Below are positions 41,791-50,712 of a DNA stretch of 64,000 bases, one piece after another. Source of the stretch: Thermodesulfobacteriota bacterium (GTDB lineage: Bacteria > Desulfobacterota_D > UBA1144 > Nemesobacterales > UBA2774). A model generated the notes under the pieces. The model searched no databases. It saw only the letters and a list, made by a program, of their open reading frames with translations, and was not told the origin of the DNA. The stretch's first letter is position 1. Every line of letters starts with the position of its first letter. Location of the stretch: positions 288,001 to 352,000 of the forward strand of contig OZ244197.1 in the NCBI GenBank assembly GCA_965216785.1, in the 5' to 3' direction. Made by a program: the position numbers and the translations under genes.

Positions 41791-41902
41791 AACCACAAGT
41801 GGACACGAATAAGCACAAATTTAGAAGTAAATACAAAAATAGTATTTATTTCTTTTCAAAACCGTATTTAAAATTCGAGAAAATTAGCGTTAATTCGTGG
41901 CT
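41791..41902. repeat. Degenerate REP/MITE-like inverted-repeat element with 10-bp-periodic CACGAAT units
   Basis: Left arm AACCACAAGTGGACACGAATAAGCACAAAT; reverse complement of right arm AGCCACGAATTAACGCTAATTTTCTCGAAT; nested hairpin AGAAGTAAATAC/GTATTTATTTCT. Confidence 0.6.
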
Positions 41903-41929
41903 GAATATATTCTTGCTTTGTAGTAGTTA

Positions 41930-42139
41930 TTAACTGGCCGGCTTTTTAAATATTCCGAACTCACCCGCAATAGTAACGAGCTCCCAGGACTCTTCACCGA
42001 GCTTCTTTAGGGTTGATTCTATACCATCACCCAGCTTAGTACGCCTCGCGGAGGCGGCGTCTTTCGATACGGCAATATCGTGGTCGCCGTTTTCATGAAA
42101 GAGCTTGTCTACGGAAATTACCTTATAGTCCCACTTCAT
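41930..42139 (-). CDS. DUF4177-like small protein
   Basis: MKWDYKV...LKKLGEESWELV pattern. Confidence 0.75.
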   Translation of the reverse strand: MKWDYKVISVDKLFHENGDHDIAVSKDAASARRTKLGDGIESTLKKLGEESWELVTIAGEFGIFKKPAS

Positions 42140-42375
42140 TCGGTCTCTTCCTCTTCTTCAGTCTCCGAGTCTTCCTGCCCAGCTTCTTGTTCCTGATCGA
42201 GCAGTGCTTCTTCCTCTGCGATTTCGTCTTCGAAAACAAGGGGCTCGCCCTTATCTTCAACATCGGGCAGGCCTTTTACGTATTTGTCGTAATCTTTTTT
42301 GGAAACTGCGCCTTCCCTAATATTCCTGTCTACAATTCTTACATCGTAATCTAATTCTTCTTTATTCTTGGTCAT
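42136..42375 (-). CDS. Small hypothetical protein with acidic tail
   Basis: GGAGG RBS before the ATG at 42375; YDVRIVDRNIREG...LPDV; stop overlaps the next start (ATGA). Confidence 0.75.
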   Translation of the reverse strand: MTKNKEELDYDVRIVDRNIREGAVSKKDYDKYVKGLPDVEDKGEPLVFEDEIAEEEALLDQEQEAGQEDSETEEEEETE

Positions 42376-42465
42376 ATATACCTCCGGCCCAATTAAAGAT
42401 ACCCTAAGATAGGCGTTTCGCAATTGAGGGTTTTGAAAACAATATAAAGTGAAAAGTTGTTAGTG

Positions 42466-43392
42466 TTATACCGCACTATTTTCCTTAAACCATAGCCAAG
42501 TATTTTTAATCCCCTCGCTAAGAGTTGTCTCGGGCGTCCATCCGAGCGCTTCTCCCGCAAGCTTAACGTCAAGACTGATGCTTTGCACCTCGCCCGGGCG
42601 CGGGTCCATGTACTTTACATTGAAATCTTCCCCAGATGCTGACTTGAGCTCGTCGATCAGACCGTTTACTGAGGTTTCTATCTCAGTTCCTATGTTATAG
42701 CTTCCCTCAGAGACGCCAAGAGCGAGCACATTGGCGCGCGCTACGTCGCCCGCGTATACGTAGTCCCGTGTCTGCTTACCGTCACCGAATACAAGACAAT
42801 CATCTGAGGACAGTATACGGCTGCAAAATATAGCGATAACCCCGGCTTCTCCGTGAGGGTTTTGTCTGGGACCGTAGACGTTCGCGTAGCGGAGAGCAAC
42901 GTAATCGAGTGAGTGAATGTGCCTGTAGTACTGAAGATATTTTTCCACGGCGTACTTGGAAGTCCCATATGGGGAAATGGGCATTGGGGGAGTACTCTCA
43001 TCGGCCGGGATGTCTTCGGGCTCTCCATAAATGGCCCCACCGGTGGATGCGAATATGAATTTCCCCACACTGTTAGCCACGCACGATTCAAGGAGATTCA
43101 GGGAGCCGATAATGTTAACGCCCGCATCGAACATCGGATTCTCTACCGATTTTCGTACGTCTATCTGAGCCGCATGGTGGTTTACAATATCCGGCTTAAA
43201 CCCCGAGATTGTTTTATCTACCACACCACGATCTGTAATATCACCCTCTACAAATTCTGCCTTCCGGGGAACGTTATCCATTAAGCCTGAGGATAAGTTG
43301 TCGAGAACTAAAACCTCGTGACCTTCTTGGATGAAAGCATCAGCTACCCAGGAACCGATAAACCCCGCGCCGCCCGTGACTAAGATTTTCAT
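42466..43392 (-). CDS. NAD-dependent epimerase (UDP-glucose 4-epimerase-like)
   Basis: TGGAGFIGS, STGGAIYG, YGTSK, RYANVYGPRQ. Confidence 0.92.
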   Translation of the reverse strand: MKILVTGGAGFIGSWVADAFIQEGHEVLVLDNLSSGLMDNVPRKAEFVEGDITDRGVVDKTISGFKPDIVNHHAAQIDVRKSVENPMFDAGVNIIGSLNLLESCVANSVGKFIFASTGGAIYGEPEDIPADESTPPMPISPYGTSKYAVEKYLQYYRHIHSLDYVALRYANVYGPRQNPHGEAGVIAIFCSRILSSDDCLVFGDGKQTRDYVYAGDVARANVLALGVSEGSYNIGTEIETSVNGLIDELKSASGEDFNVKYMDPRPGEVQSISLDVKLAGEALGWTPETTLSEGIKNTWLWFKENSAV

Positions 43393-43626
43393 ATATGAAA
43401 CCTCTTATAATATTTTAGGATAATTGTTTAGGATAACCCCATTTAGATATTTAATGCGTAAGCAACTTCGCGTAACAAAGCTAATATTCACTTCAAACTA
43501 CTGTGTTGTCAATAACTTTGTCGTCTATCTTGTAATATGAGTCGAAAAACAAGGTCATTTTACCTATTCAGAGGAGAATAGCCTTACCTAAGATAAGACA
43601 AAATTATGTACCGATTGACACCAATT

Positions 43627-43641
43627 TGACAAATTTTGTCA
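43627..43641. promoter_or_regulatory. Palindrome TGACA-N5-TGTCA, candidate sigma54 enhancer (UAS)
   Basis: TGACAAATTTTGTCA about 90 bp upstream of a -24/-12 element. Confidence 0.5.
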
Positions 43642-43729
43642 TCTGTGAATTTACCTTGATTTACCACCTGTCATAGCCACGCAAGAGATTTGTTGAATGA
43701 TATCAGCCTATTACATATCGTATTTCAAG

Positions 43730-43745
43730 TGGCATGAACATTGCT
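43730..43745 (+). promoter_or_regulatory. Sigma54 (-24/-12) promoter
   Basis: TGGCATGAACATTGCT has exact GG-N10-GC spacing and is near consensus TGGCAC-N5-TTGCW; 56 nt before the ATG. Confidence 0.8.
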
Positions 43746-43801
43746 TATAAGATTGCTGAGGAGCAGATAGCAGAAAGTAAATGAAGGATGGAGGATAAAA
43801 A

Positions 43802-45010
43802 ATGGATCGGAACAACGCGGATAGACAAAATAGTTTGCAGGGGGACAATTATTTGAACTACTCAAACTACTCGAACAACAAGGGGCAGAAGAGCTCGATC
43901 GTATCGGATCAGTTTAACTCCACAAGTGGAGGGGGATCACAGAAACCCAAGAGCAAAGTAATTGCGGATGATGATTACAGGCTGTTGCAGACATACTTTA
44001 AAGACGTTGGAGAAGAGGGGCTCCTGACCGCTAAAGAGGAGTTCCAGATAGCTACTAAAATAAAGACTTACAGCGCAAGATCGCTCGCGCTTGAAGGGAC
44101 AGTAGAGCAGCTAACGAAGAAGCTGGAGAAAAAAACCCGCTCCAATGTCTGTACTTGCCGGGTACAAAATGATAAACACGAAACCCCTAAGAACCCTGAG
44201 AAGCTGTGCGAAAGGGGGCTCTTGAAGAAGAACCTGAATAGAGCAAGCGCTCTAATGAGGGTCTATAGAAATCAGGAAACGCTGTATAAGGAAAGGTTCA
44301 CTAAATCCAACTTGAGGCTGGTCGTGAGTATCGCAAAGAATTACATAGGACGAGGCTTACCGCTGGCAGACCTTGTGCAGGAAGGAAACCTGGGACTGAT
44401 TAAGGCCGTTGAGAAATTCGAGCCGTCTAAGGGTTACAGATTCTCTACTTACGCCTCCTGGTGGATTATCCAGAGCATTACAAGATCATTATTTGATCAA
44501 ACAAGAGTTATAAGAGTACCGGTAAGGGTGCTGGAGCAATCCAACAAGATCAACAAGACCATAAATATGCTCACAAATGAACACGGTGATAAACCAAAAA
44601 TGGAAGACGTCGCTAAAAAGACAGGCCTTAGCCTGAAAAAAGTAAATAAGGTTATGAAAGCGACTTCAACAAGTATTATTTATCTTGACGCCGTAAGCGC
44701 CAACAGCCAGGAAGGAAAAAACAGCTTTGTGGATTATATACCGGACGAGGGACTTCCCACAGACACCGTGCTATCAAATGTTTCCATGCAGAACAAGGTG
44801 AAGGAAGCACTTTCGAACCTGAGCGACAGGGAAGAGGATATCCTCAGAATGCGCTTTGGTATCGGGTATGACGACTCCTACACGCTCGATGAGATAGGAT
44901 GCCGCTATAGTTTGACGAGGGAGCGTATCAGGCAGATTGAAAGACGCGCTCTTAAGAAGCTCAGACAAAACGGCACTGGTGCTGTGCTTAAGGAGTTTAT
45001 TACTAACTAA
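43802..45010 (+). CDS. RpoD/RpoS-family (group 2) sigma70 factor
   Basis: Region 1.2, NLRLVVSIAK, DLVQEGNLGL, RFSTYASWWI, TRERIRQIE; no region 1.1. Confidence 0.92.
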   Translation: MDRNNADRQNSLQGDNYLNYSNYSNNKGQKSSIVSDQFNSTSGGGSQKPKSKVIADDDYRLLQTYFKDVGEEGLLTAKEEFQIATKIKTYSARSLALEGTVEQLTKKLEKKTRSNVCTCRVQNDKHETPKNPEKLCERGLLKKNLNRASALMRVYRNQETLYKERFTKSNLRLVVSIAKNYIGRGLPLADLVQEGNLGLIKAVEKFEPSKGYRFSTYASWWIIQSITRSLFDQTRVIRVPVRVLEQSNKINKTINMLTNEHGDKPKMEDVAKKTGLSLKKVNKVMKATSTSIIYLDAVSANSQEGKNSFVDYIPDEGLPTDTVLSNVSMQNKVKEALSNLSDREEDILRMRFGIGYDDSYTLDEIGCRYSLTRERIRQIERRALKKLRQNGTGAVLKEFITN

Positions 45011-45032
45011 GCTTTAGATAACCCAATGAAAG

Positions 45033-46034
45033 TTAATTGCCGGGGGCTAGGGACTCGATGGTGTCCCTAACAACCTGGCGCGTAGCTTTGGGCGGAAACA
45101 GCAGTATCGGGGTAGTGGCGCCACGGGCGCGGTAGTTTTCAATCAGCGCCCTTCCCTTTTCGGCCGTACCCCAGATGGAGAGCGAATCGAGCATTTCATC
45201 GCTTACGCTCCGTAGCGCTTTTACCCTGTCTTTATTTTTAAACGCATTCACTATATTTTTAGCTTCATTCTCAAAACCATGCCGGCTGACCGTATTGTAG
45301 TAATACGTTCCCATGGCGCCTATGTAGTGCGCAATGTGCTCCTGAAGCGCTTTCTTTGAGGATTTCTCATCACTTGAAACCGCCGATGCAATATATGGAC
45401 AAATATTTATTTCGCCAATATCCCTACCCGCTGACTCAGCACCAAGAGACAAGTGCTCAGCGGCATCCTTTAACCCCTGAACCGGGATGAGAAAGGGTAT
45501 CCAGCCGTCTGCCACCTCCCCTGCAAGGTACGTGTTCTTCGGCCCTATGGCCGCAATGAGTATGGGTATGTCACTCCGCAGGGGTTTAAACTGGAGCTTG
45601 AAATTCTTGAGCTTAAATATCTCGCCCTCGTAATTTACCCTCTCATAGTTAAGGGCCATCTTAATGATCTCTACGTATTCCCTGGTCCTTTGAAGAGGTT
45701 TTTCGTATTTTATCCCGTGCCAATTTTCAATTACGATTGGACCGCTGGTGCCGATCCCGAGCATGATGCGCCCGCCGGAGATTTCATCAAGCGTGGCCGC
45801 ACTCTGGGCTATCATGGCGGGGGTTCTGCTGAAAACGGAGATTATCCCGGTTGCGAGTTTTATCTTTGAGGTCCTCGCCGCCAGGTGACCAATGAGCGAG
45901 AACGCGTCCCTGCCCCACATCTCGGGCACCCAAACGGAGTCGTAGCCGAGCTCTTCGGCGAGCTTTGCGTACTCTACGAGCTCGTCCATTGTAATATCGC
46001 TCCAGTAAGGCGCGACTATCCCGATTGTAGACAT
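45033..46034 (-). CDS. LLM-class flavin/F420-dependent oxidoreductase
   Basis: AEELGYDSVWVPE, SRTPA, TLDEISGGR, AGEVADGW; GAGGAG RBS before the ATG at 46034. Confidence 0.9.
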   Translation of the reverse strand: MSTIGIVAPYWSDITMDELVEYAKLAEELGYDSVWVPEMWGRDAFSLIGHLAARTSKIKLATGIISVFSRTPAMIAQSAATLDEISGGRIMLGIGTSGPIVIENWHGIKYEKPLQRTREYVEIIKMALNYERVNYEGEIFKLKNFKLQFKPLRSDIPILIAAIGPKNTYLAGEVADGWIPFLIPVQGLKDAAEHLSLGAESAGRDIGEINICPYIASAVSSDEKSSKKALQEHIAHYIGAMGTYYYNTVSRHGFENEAKNIVNAFKNKDRVKALRSVSDEMLDSLSIWGTAEKGRALIENYRARGATTPILLFPPKATRQVVRDTIESLAPGN

Positions 46035-46170
46035 CAAGGACTCCTCCCCTTTTAGCTTATCTATACCCAAATCTCGAAGCAATTACATTTACAACCCATG
46101 GTTGTATGATACATAGTATACTATCTCTCGAATATGAGAAAAGAGAAATTAGATACCGGAGAGTTAACGC

Positions 46171-47145
46171 ATGACTGAAACTAATAACGAAAAACTTATG
46201 AGTGCCGCAAGGATCGCGGTGAATGACTGTATGGCTGTAAAGCCGGGAGAAAGCGTGCTCGTGATAACCGACGAGCCTGCAAGATCAATAGGCTACGCCC
46301 TTTGGGAGGCTTCCAAAGAGGCCGGGGCAGAGGCGATAATAACGGAGATTACCCCTAGGGAATCAAACGGCGAGGAGCCTCCCCTTGCGGTAGCCGGGCT
46401 TATGAAAGATGTGGATGTAGTACTGATACCCACATCTAAATCGCTTAGCCATACGGATTCAAGACGTGAGGCAAGCAAAGCGGGGGTCAGGATAGCAACG
46501 CTTCCCGGGATTACAGAAGACATGATGATCCGCACGCTAAACGCAGACTTTAACCAAATAGCTGAGAAGAGCAATAAGCTTGCTGACATCCTGAGCGCGG
46601 GGACGAACGTGAGGGTAACATCTGAGAAAGGCACGGATATAAACCTCGTATTGGAATCCAGAGAAGGTCAGCCCGATACGGGACTTAACCACAACTCGGG
46701 TGACTTTAGCAACCTTCCAGCGGGGGAGGCGTACGCAGCTCCGCTAGAGGGAAAATCAAGCGGCACAGTGGTTATGGACGGCTCGATGGCAGGAGTGGGA
46801 ATTCTAGAAGGTGAGGTAATACGAATAAAAGTACAAGACGGCTATGCCGTGGAAATCTCAGGCGGAGAGGCCGCGGAAAAACTGGAATCCATTATGAAGC
46901 CGCATGGGAAAGACGCTTATAACCTTGCGGAGCTAGGAATCGGAACCCATGACAAGGCCCTTATAACCGGAAACGTGCTCGAGGACGAAAAGGTAATAGG
47001 AACTGTGCACATTGCATTCGGTGACAACAAGAGCATGGGAGGGGTGATAAGGGTGGCGAGTCATTTAGACGGCGTCATAATGGAGCCTACGGTTGAGGTT
47101 GACGGCGAGGTTATAATGAGGGCTGGAGAGTTTCTCATATTTTAA
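46171..47145 (+). CDS. M29-family (aminopeptidase T-like) metallopeptidase
   Basis: NLPAGE, AELGIG, LEDEK, HIAFG, HLD. Confidence 0.88.
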   Translation: MTETNNEKLMSAARIAVNDCMAVKPGESVLVITDEPARSIGYALWEASKEAGAEAIITEITPRESNGEEPPLAVAGLMKDVDVVLIPTSKSLSHTDSRREASKAGVRIATLPGITEDMMIRTLNADFNQIAEKSNKLADILSAGTNVRVTSEKGTDINLVLESREGQPDTGLNHNSGDFSNLPAGEAYAAPLEGKSSGTVVMDGSMAGVGILEGEVIRIKVQDGYAVEISGGEAAEKLESIMKPHGKDAYNLAELGIGTHDKALITGNVLEDEKVIGTVHIAFGDNKSMGGVIRVASHLDGVIMEPTVEVDGEVIMRAGEFLIF

Positions 47146-47187
47146 GTTAAGGGCGATACCTCCGGGTTCTGTGGTAAATTTATTCTA

Positions 47188-49437
47188 ATGGAAACTTCTA
47201 TAAGTAACCTTATATTTTTAAATCCCCCGGGTATATTCGAGGCTGTATTACTAGTACTCTTAGCTGTAGTAGTCGTCTACGGATCGTACAGGAGCACTAG
47301 ATTTCTGACTGACGGCAAAAAGAAATTTGCCCTTATCTCACTGCACGCGCTTTCCTTCGTTCTGATAGCGTTCCTGCTCCTTAACCCTGCCCTAAGGAAA
47401 GAGTCCTATAAGGAGGAGAAGAAAAACCTGAGTGTTATTGTAGACAGCTCGTTTAGCATGAGTCTTTCAGGAGATGAGAGCGGGAATACCAGGATAGATA
47501 GAGTCCGGGGGTTTTTAGACAAAAACACCGGCTTCTTTACCGAGATTGAAGAGAACTACATCGTTGAGTACTTAAGTTTCGATGACACTCTCGAGCCCAC
47601 GTCTAAAGAAGCTGTATTCGAAGATGAGCCCCTCGGGAAGCATACGAGTTTCGGAAATCTAGTTAGGGAGCTAAAGGAAAAGAGGGATAGGGGTGAGACA
47701 GATATTGCTATCCTCATTTCTGACGGCGGCAGGGAGGATGGTCGATCCGTGGAGATTTTAGATGATTTAGAGGACGTGGATTTCCCGATCAACTCCGTAA
47801 GCCCTGTATCCGGCACGTCGGAGAACGATGTATGGATAGATGATATAAACGCGAGCGAGGTAACTTTTCTAAGATACGAATTCCCGGTTGAGGTTGTTGT
47901 TAAGACAAACAGAAAAGACGGGATAGACCTTCCGGTCTCACTTTATGAAGACAATAGGCTCATTTCCATTAAGGAGGTCTATCTGCCTCCGAAGACCAAA
48001 GAAGGAATTGTCAGCTTTGAGATAAACCCTATAACTCTCGGGAGAAAAATCTACACGGTTTCTGTGCCTAAAGTATCTGGTGATCAGATTCCTGAGAACA
48101 ACGAAAAATCTTTTTTCACCGACGTTATTATTAACAAGATACGGGTGCTGCATGTAGCGGGGAGCCCGTCCTGGGACGTCAGGTTTATGAGAAGGGCGAT
48201 GAAGAGAAACCCGAACATCGATCTCGTTTCATTTTTTATCCTGAGGGACCCCTCTGACCTGGTGTTCGCTTCCGAGAGTGAGCTCAGCCTGATCCCCTTC
48301 CCGGTAAATGAAATATTCGGAAGCGAGCTTAAAAGCTTTGACGTAGTCATATTCCAGAATTTTAACTTTCAGCCCTACGGGATATTCGGCTTTCACTTGA
48401 GGAGTGTTAAGGACTATATAACCCAGGAGGGAGGAGCGTTTTTAATGATCGGGGGCAATAAGAGCTTTGAGAGCGGAAACTACGGGAGAACTCCGATCTC
48501 CGACATTTTACCCGTAGAGCTCGATTATCTCCCGCGCACGCTGTCCGATTCGATAAGCGATCAGGCGTTCAGACCGGAGCTAACTCAAGCGGGTAGGAAC
48601 CACCCGATAATGAGAATAATTCCTAACAAAGATGAGAACGAGAGATACTGGGACAATATGCCCGAGCTCGAGGGGCTTAATATAGTAAACGGCGTCGACC
48701 CGGACGCTGCGACCCTGCTCAAGACACCACAAGGAGAGCCTCTGCTCGCTGTAGGCGAGGTAGAGAAGGGAAAAGTGGCCGCATTTCTATCCGACTCCTC
48801 ATGGAGGTGGAATTTCGTGGGCGCGGGAGACGGGGACTTATCACCTTATTACGGAAAATTCTGGAACAGGCTTTTCCTCTGGTTCGTGGATGACCCGGAA
48901 CTACAGAATATCCGGATTAGCACGGACAAAGCAATCTACAATCCCGGAGACAGCGCTAAAATTGAGGTCAGGGGATCGGAAGCTGATATTACAGAAAAGG
49001 ATACTAAGCCAGTGTTAATACTTCCCGGCGGAGAAGAGGAAGATATAAAAATCGAGAAGACTTCTGAGAACGGATACAGCGGACAGATAAGGGTAAGCGA
49101 GTACGGGAATTACAGGCTTACTGTATCAGATGATGATTACGATTTATTTACCGACTCTGATAATAATGGTATATCATTTAGCGTAGAGCCTGCCGAGAAC
49201 GAAGTCAGGGGCCCGACTGCGAATAAAGGGCTTTTGGAATCAATAGCCGAGAATACAGGCGGGAGATTTATTACTACGGAACAAAGCCCTGGGAAGCTCG
49301 GTATAGATCACAGGAAAAAGAGGACGATAACGGGCTATGAGACTGTGGAGCTTTGGGACAGCCCGATCTTTTTCTTCCTGCTTGTGGGGCTTCTTTCAGG
49401 AGAGTGGCTCCTTAGAAGAAGGTGGGGTCTAAAATAA
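47188..49437 (+). CDS. Membrane protein with VWA-like and GATase1-like domains
   Basis: N-terminal TMs, DSSFSMS MIDAS-like motif, ISDG, GGAFLMIGG, C-terminal EWLLRRRWGL. Confidence 0.8.
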   Translation: METSISNLIFLNPPGIFEAVLLVLLAVVVVYGSYRSTRFLTDGKKKFALISLHALSFVLIAFLLLNPALRKESYKEEKKNLSVIVDSSFSMSLSGDESGNTRIDRVRGFLDKNTGFFTEIEENYIVEYLSFDDTLEPTSKEAVFEDEPLGKHTSFGNLVRELKEKRDRGETDIAILISDGGREDGRSVEILDDLEDVDFPINSVSPVSGTSENDVWIDDINASEVTFLRYEFPVEVVVKTNRKDGIDLPVSLYEDNRLISIKEVYLPPKTKEGIVSFEINPITLGRKIYTVSVPKVSGDQIPENNEKSFFTDVIINKIRVLHVAGSPSWDVRFMRRAMKRNPNIDLVSFFILRDPSDLVFASESELSLIPFPVNEIFGSELKSFDVVIFQNFNFQPYGIFGFHLRSVKDYITQEGGAFLMIGGNKSFESGNYGRTPISDILPVELDYLPRTLSDSISDQAFRPELTQAGRNHPIMRIIPNKDENERYWDNMPELEGLNIVNGVDPDAATLLKTPQGEPLLAVGEVEKGKVAAFLSDSSWRWNFVGAGDGDLSPYYGKFWNRLFLWFVDDPELQNIRISTDKAIYNPGDSAKIEVRGSEADITEKDTKPVLILPGGEEEDIKIEKTSENGYSGQIRVSEYGNYRLTVSDDDYDLFTDSDNNGISFSVEPAENEVRGPTANKGLLESIAENTGGRFITTEQSPGKLGIDHRKKRTITGYETVELWDSPIFFFLLVGLLSGEWLLRRRWGLK

Positions 49438-49476
49438 AGAATATATTCTCATTTCTGATAGGTAGAGTGTAAAAAG

Positions 49477-50241
49477 ATGATACTAGCAGTAGACATAGGT
49501 AACACCAATATAGTATTCGGACTATTCAATGGGGATGAGATTGTATGCGATTGGCGGGTCGGGACCGATAAAGCGAAGACTTCTGATGAGTATGGGCTCC
49601 TCTTTAAAAACCTTCTCGAGTTTAGAGGAATTGACATTGATAACGTAGATGGGGCCGCGATATCTTGCGTAGTGCCTACGATACTTGGCACGATAACGGA
49701 CGCTATAGATACCTATTTCAATGTGGACGCCATAGTAGTAGGCCCGGGAGTAAAATCGGGAATGCCCATTTTGTATCACAACCCAAAAGAGGTAGGTGCG
49801 GATAGGATATGTAACGGTGTGGCAGCCTTTGAGAAGTATAAAAGCAATGTGATAGTTGTGGATTTTGGCACGGCGACGACATTTGACTGCATCTCGGAAA
49901 AGGGCGAGTATATGGGCGGCATAATAACACCGGGGCTAATGATTTCGGCCGAAGCGCTTTACCGAGAAGCCTCCAAGCTTCCGAGAGTGGAAATCATGAA
50001 GCCGGAAAACGTGATAGGGAAAACTACAGTTGAGAGTATGCAGTCGGGTCTCGTATACGGATACGCCGGGCTAGTTGACGGCATAGTGGCGAATATCCGT
50101 GAAGAGATGAAAACAAGCCCGGGGGTAATTGCCACAGGAGGGTCCGCGAACCTCATAGCAACTGAGAGTAAAGCTATCGAATCTGTAGACGAGTTTCTCA
50201 CACTAAAGGGACTTAAGCTTATTTATGAACGAAACCTCTAG
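49477..50241 (+). CDS. coaX: Type III pantothenate kinase
   Basis: [23 protein letters not shown]. Confidence 0.97.
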   Translation: MILAVDIGNTNIVFGLFNGDEIVCDWRVGTDKAKTSDEYGLLFKNLLEFRGIDIDNVDGAAISCVVPTILGTITDAIDTYFNVDAIVVGPGVKSGMPILYHNPKEVGADRICNGVAAFEKYKSNVIVVDFGTATTFDCISEKGEYMGGIITPGLMISAEALYREASKLPRVEIMKPENVIGKTTVESMQSGLVYGYAGLVDGIVANIREEMKTSPGVIATGGSANLIATESKAIESVDEFLTLKGLKLIYERNL

Positions 50242-50617
50242 ATTTATAATCCGGCACCATAAAACAAATAGACCGCACTATGATCTGACTCTTGAGAATA
50301 ATAAAGAGATAAGGTCATGGATTTTGCCCGGGGGAGTTCCGGGAGTAGAAAAAGAGAGGAAGATTGCGATTGAAGAGGCTGGGGAAGATATGTCTATTGA
50401 TGAATCCCTGGATGACATTTATAAGGATGCTTACGGACAAGGGCGGCTTAAGACCTGGGACAGCGGCCCTTACAGCATACTTACCGAAAACAGCATAAAA
50501 TATATAATCTCGGCAAGCGGAGAAAAATTTAAAGGCCGCTACCTCCTGCATAATCCCGGATGGGGAAGATGGACGAAGAAGAAGCTGTGGGTTATCGAGA
50601 AAGTCCCTGCCAAGTAA
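50225..50617 (+). CDS. Stand-alone LigD 3'-phosphoesterase-like domain, divergent
   Basis: RFII.HH....HYDL.LE....RSW..P, YGQG....WDSG.Y; overlaps the end of coaX. Confidence 0.75.
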   Translation: MNETSRFIIRHHKTNRPHYDLTLENNKEIRSWILPGGVPGVEKERKIAIEEAGEDMSIDESLDDIYKDAYGQGRLKTWDSGPYSILTENSIKYIISASGEKFKGRYLLHNPGWGRWTKKKLWVIEKVPAK

Positions 50618-50712
50618 TTCAGACTCAAAATATTTCCGAAATTTGTGTAAAGTAGTCTTATGCCGGTCCTCTTTAAAAAACCAGGCATTTACTAAACCTA
50701 TACGGTCTCTGT

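Noticed and set aside
41772-43400. Genomic island integrated at guaA
   Set aside because: No integrase and no duplicated guaA 3' end; downstream genes look native.
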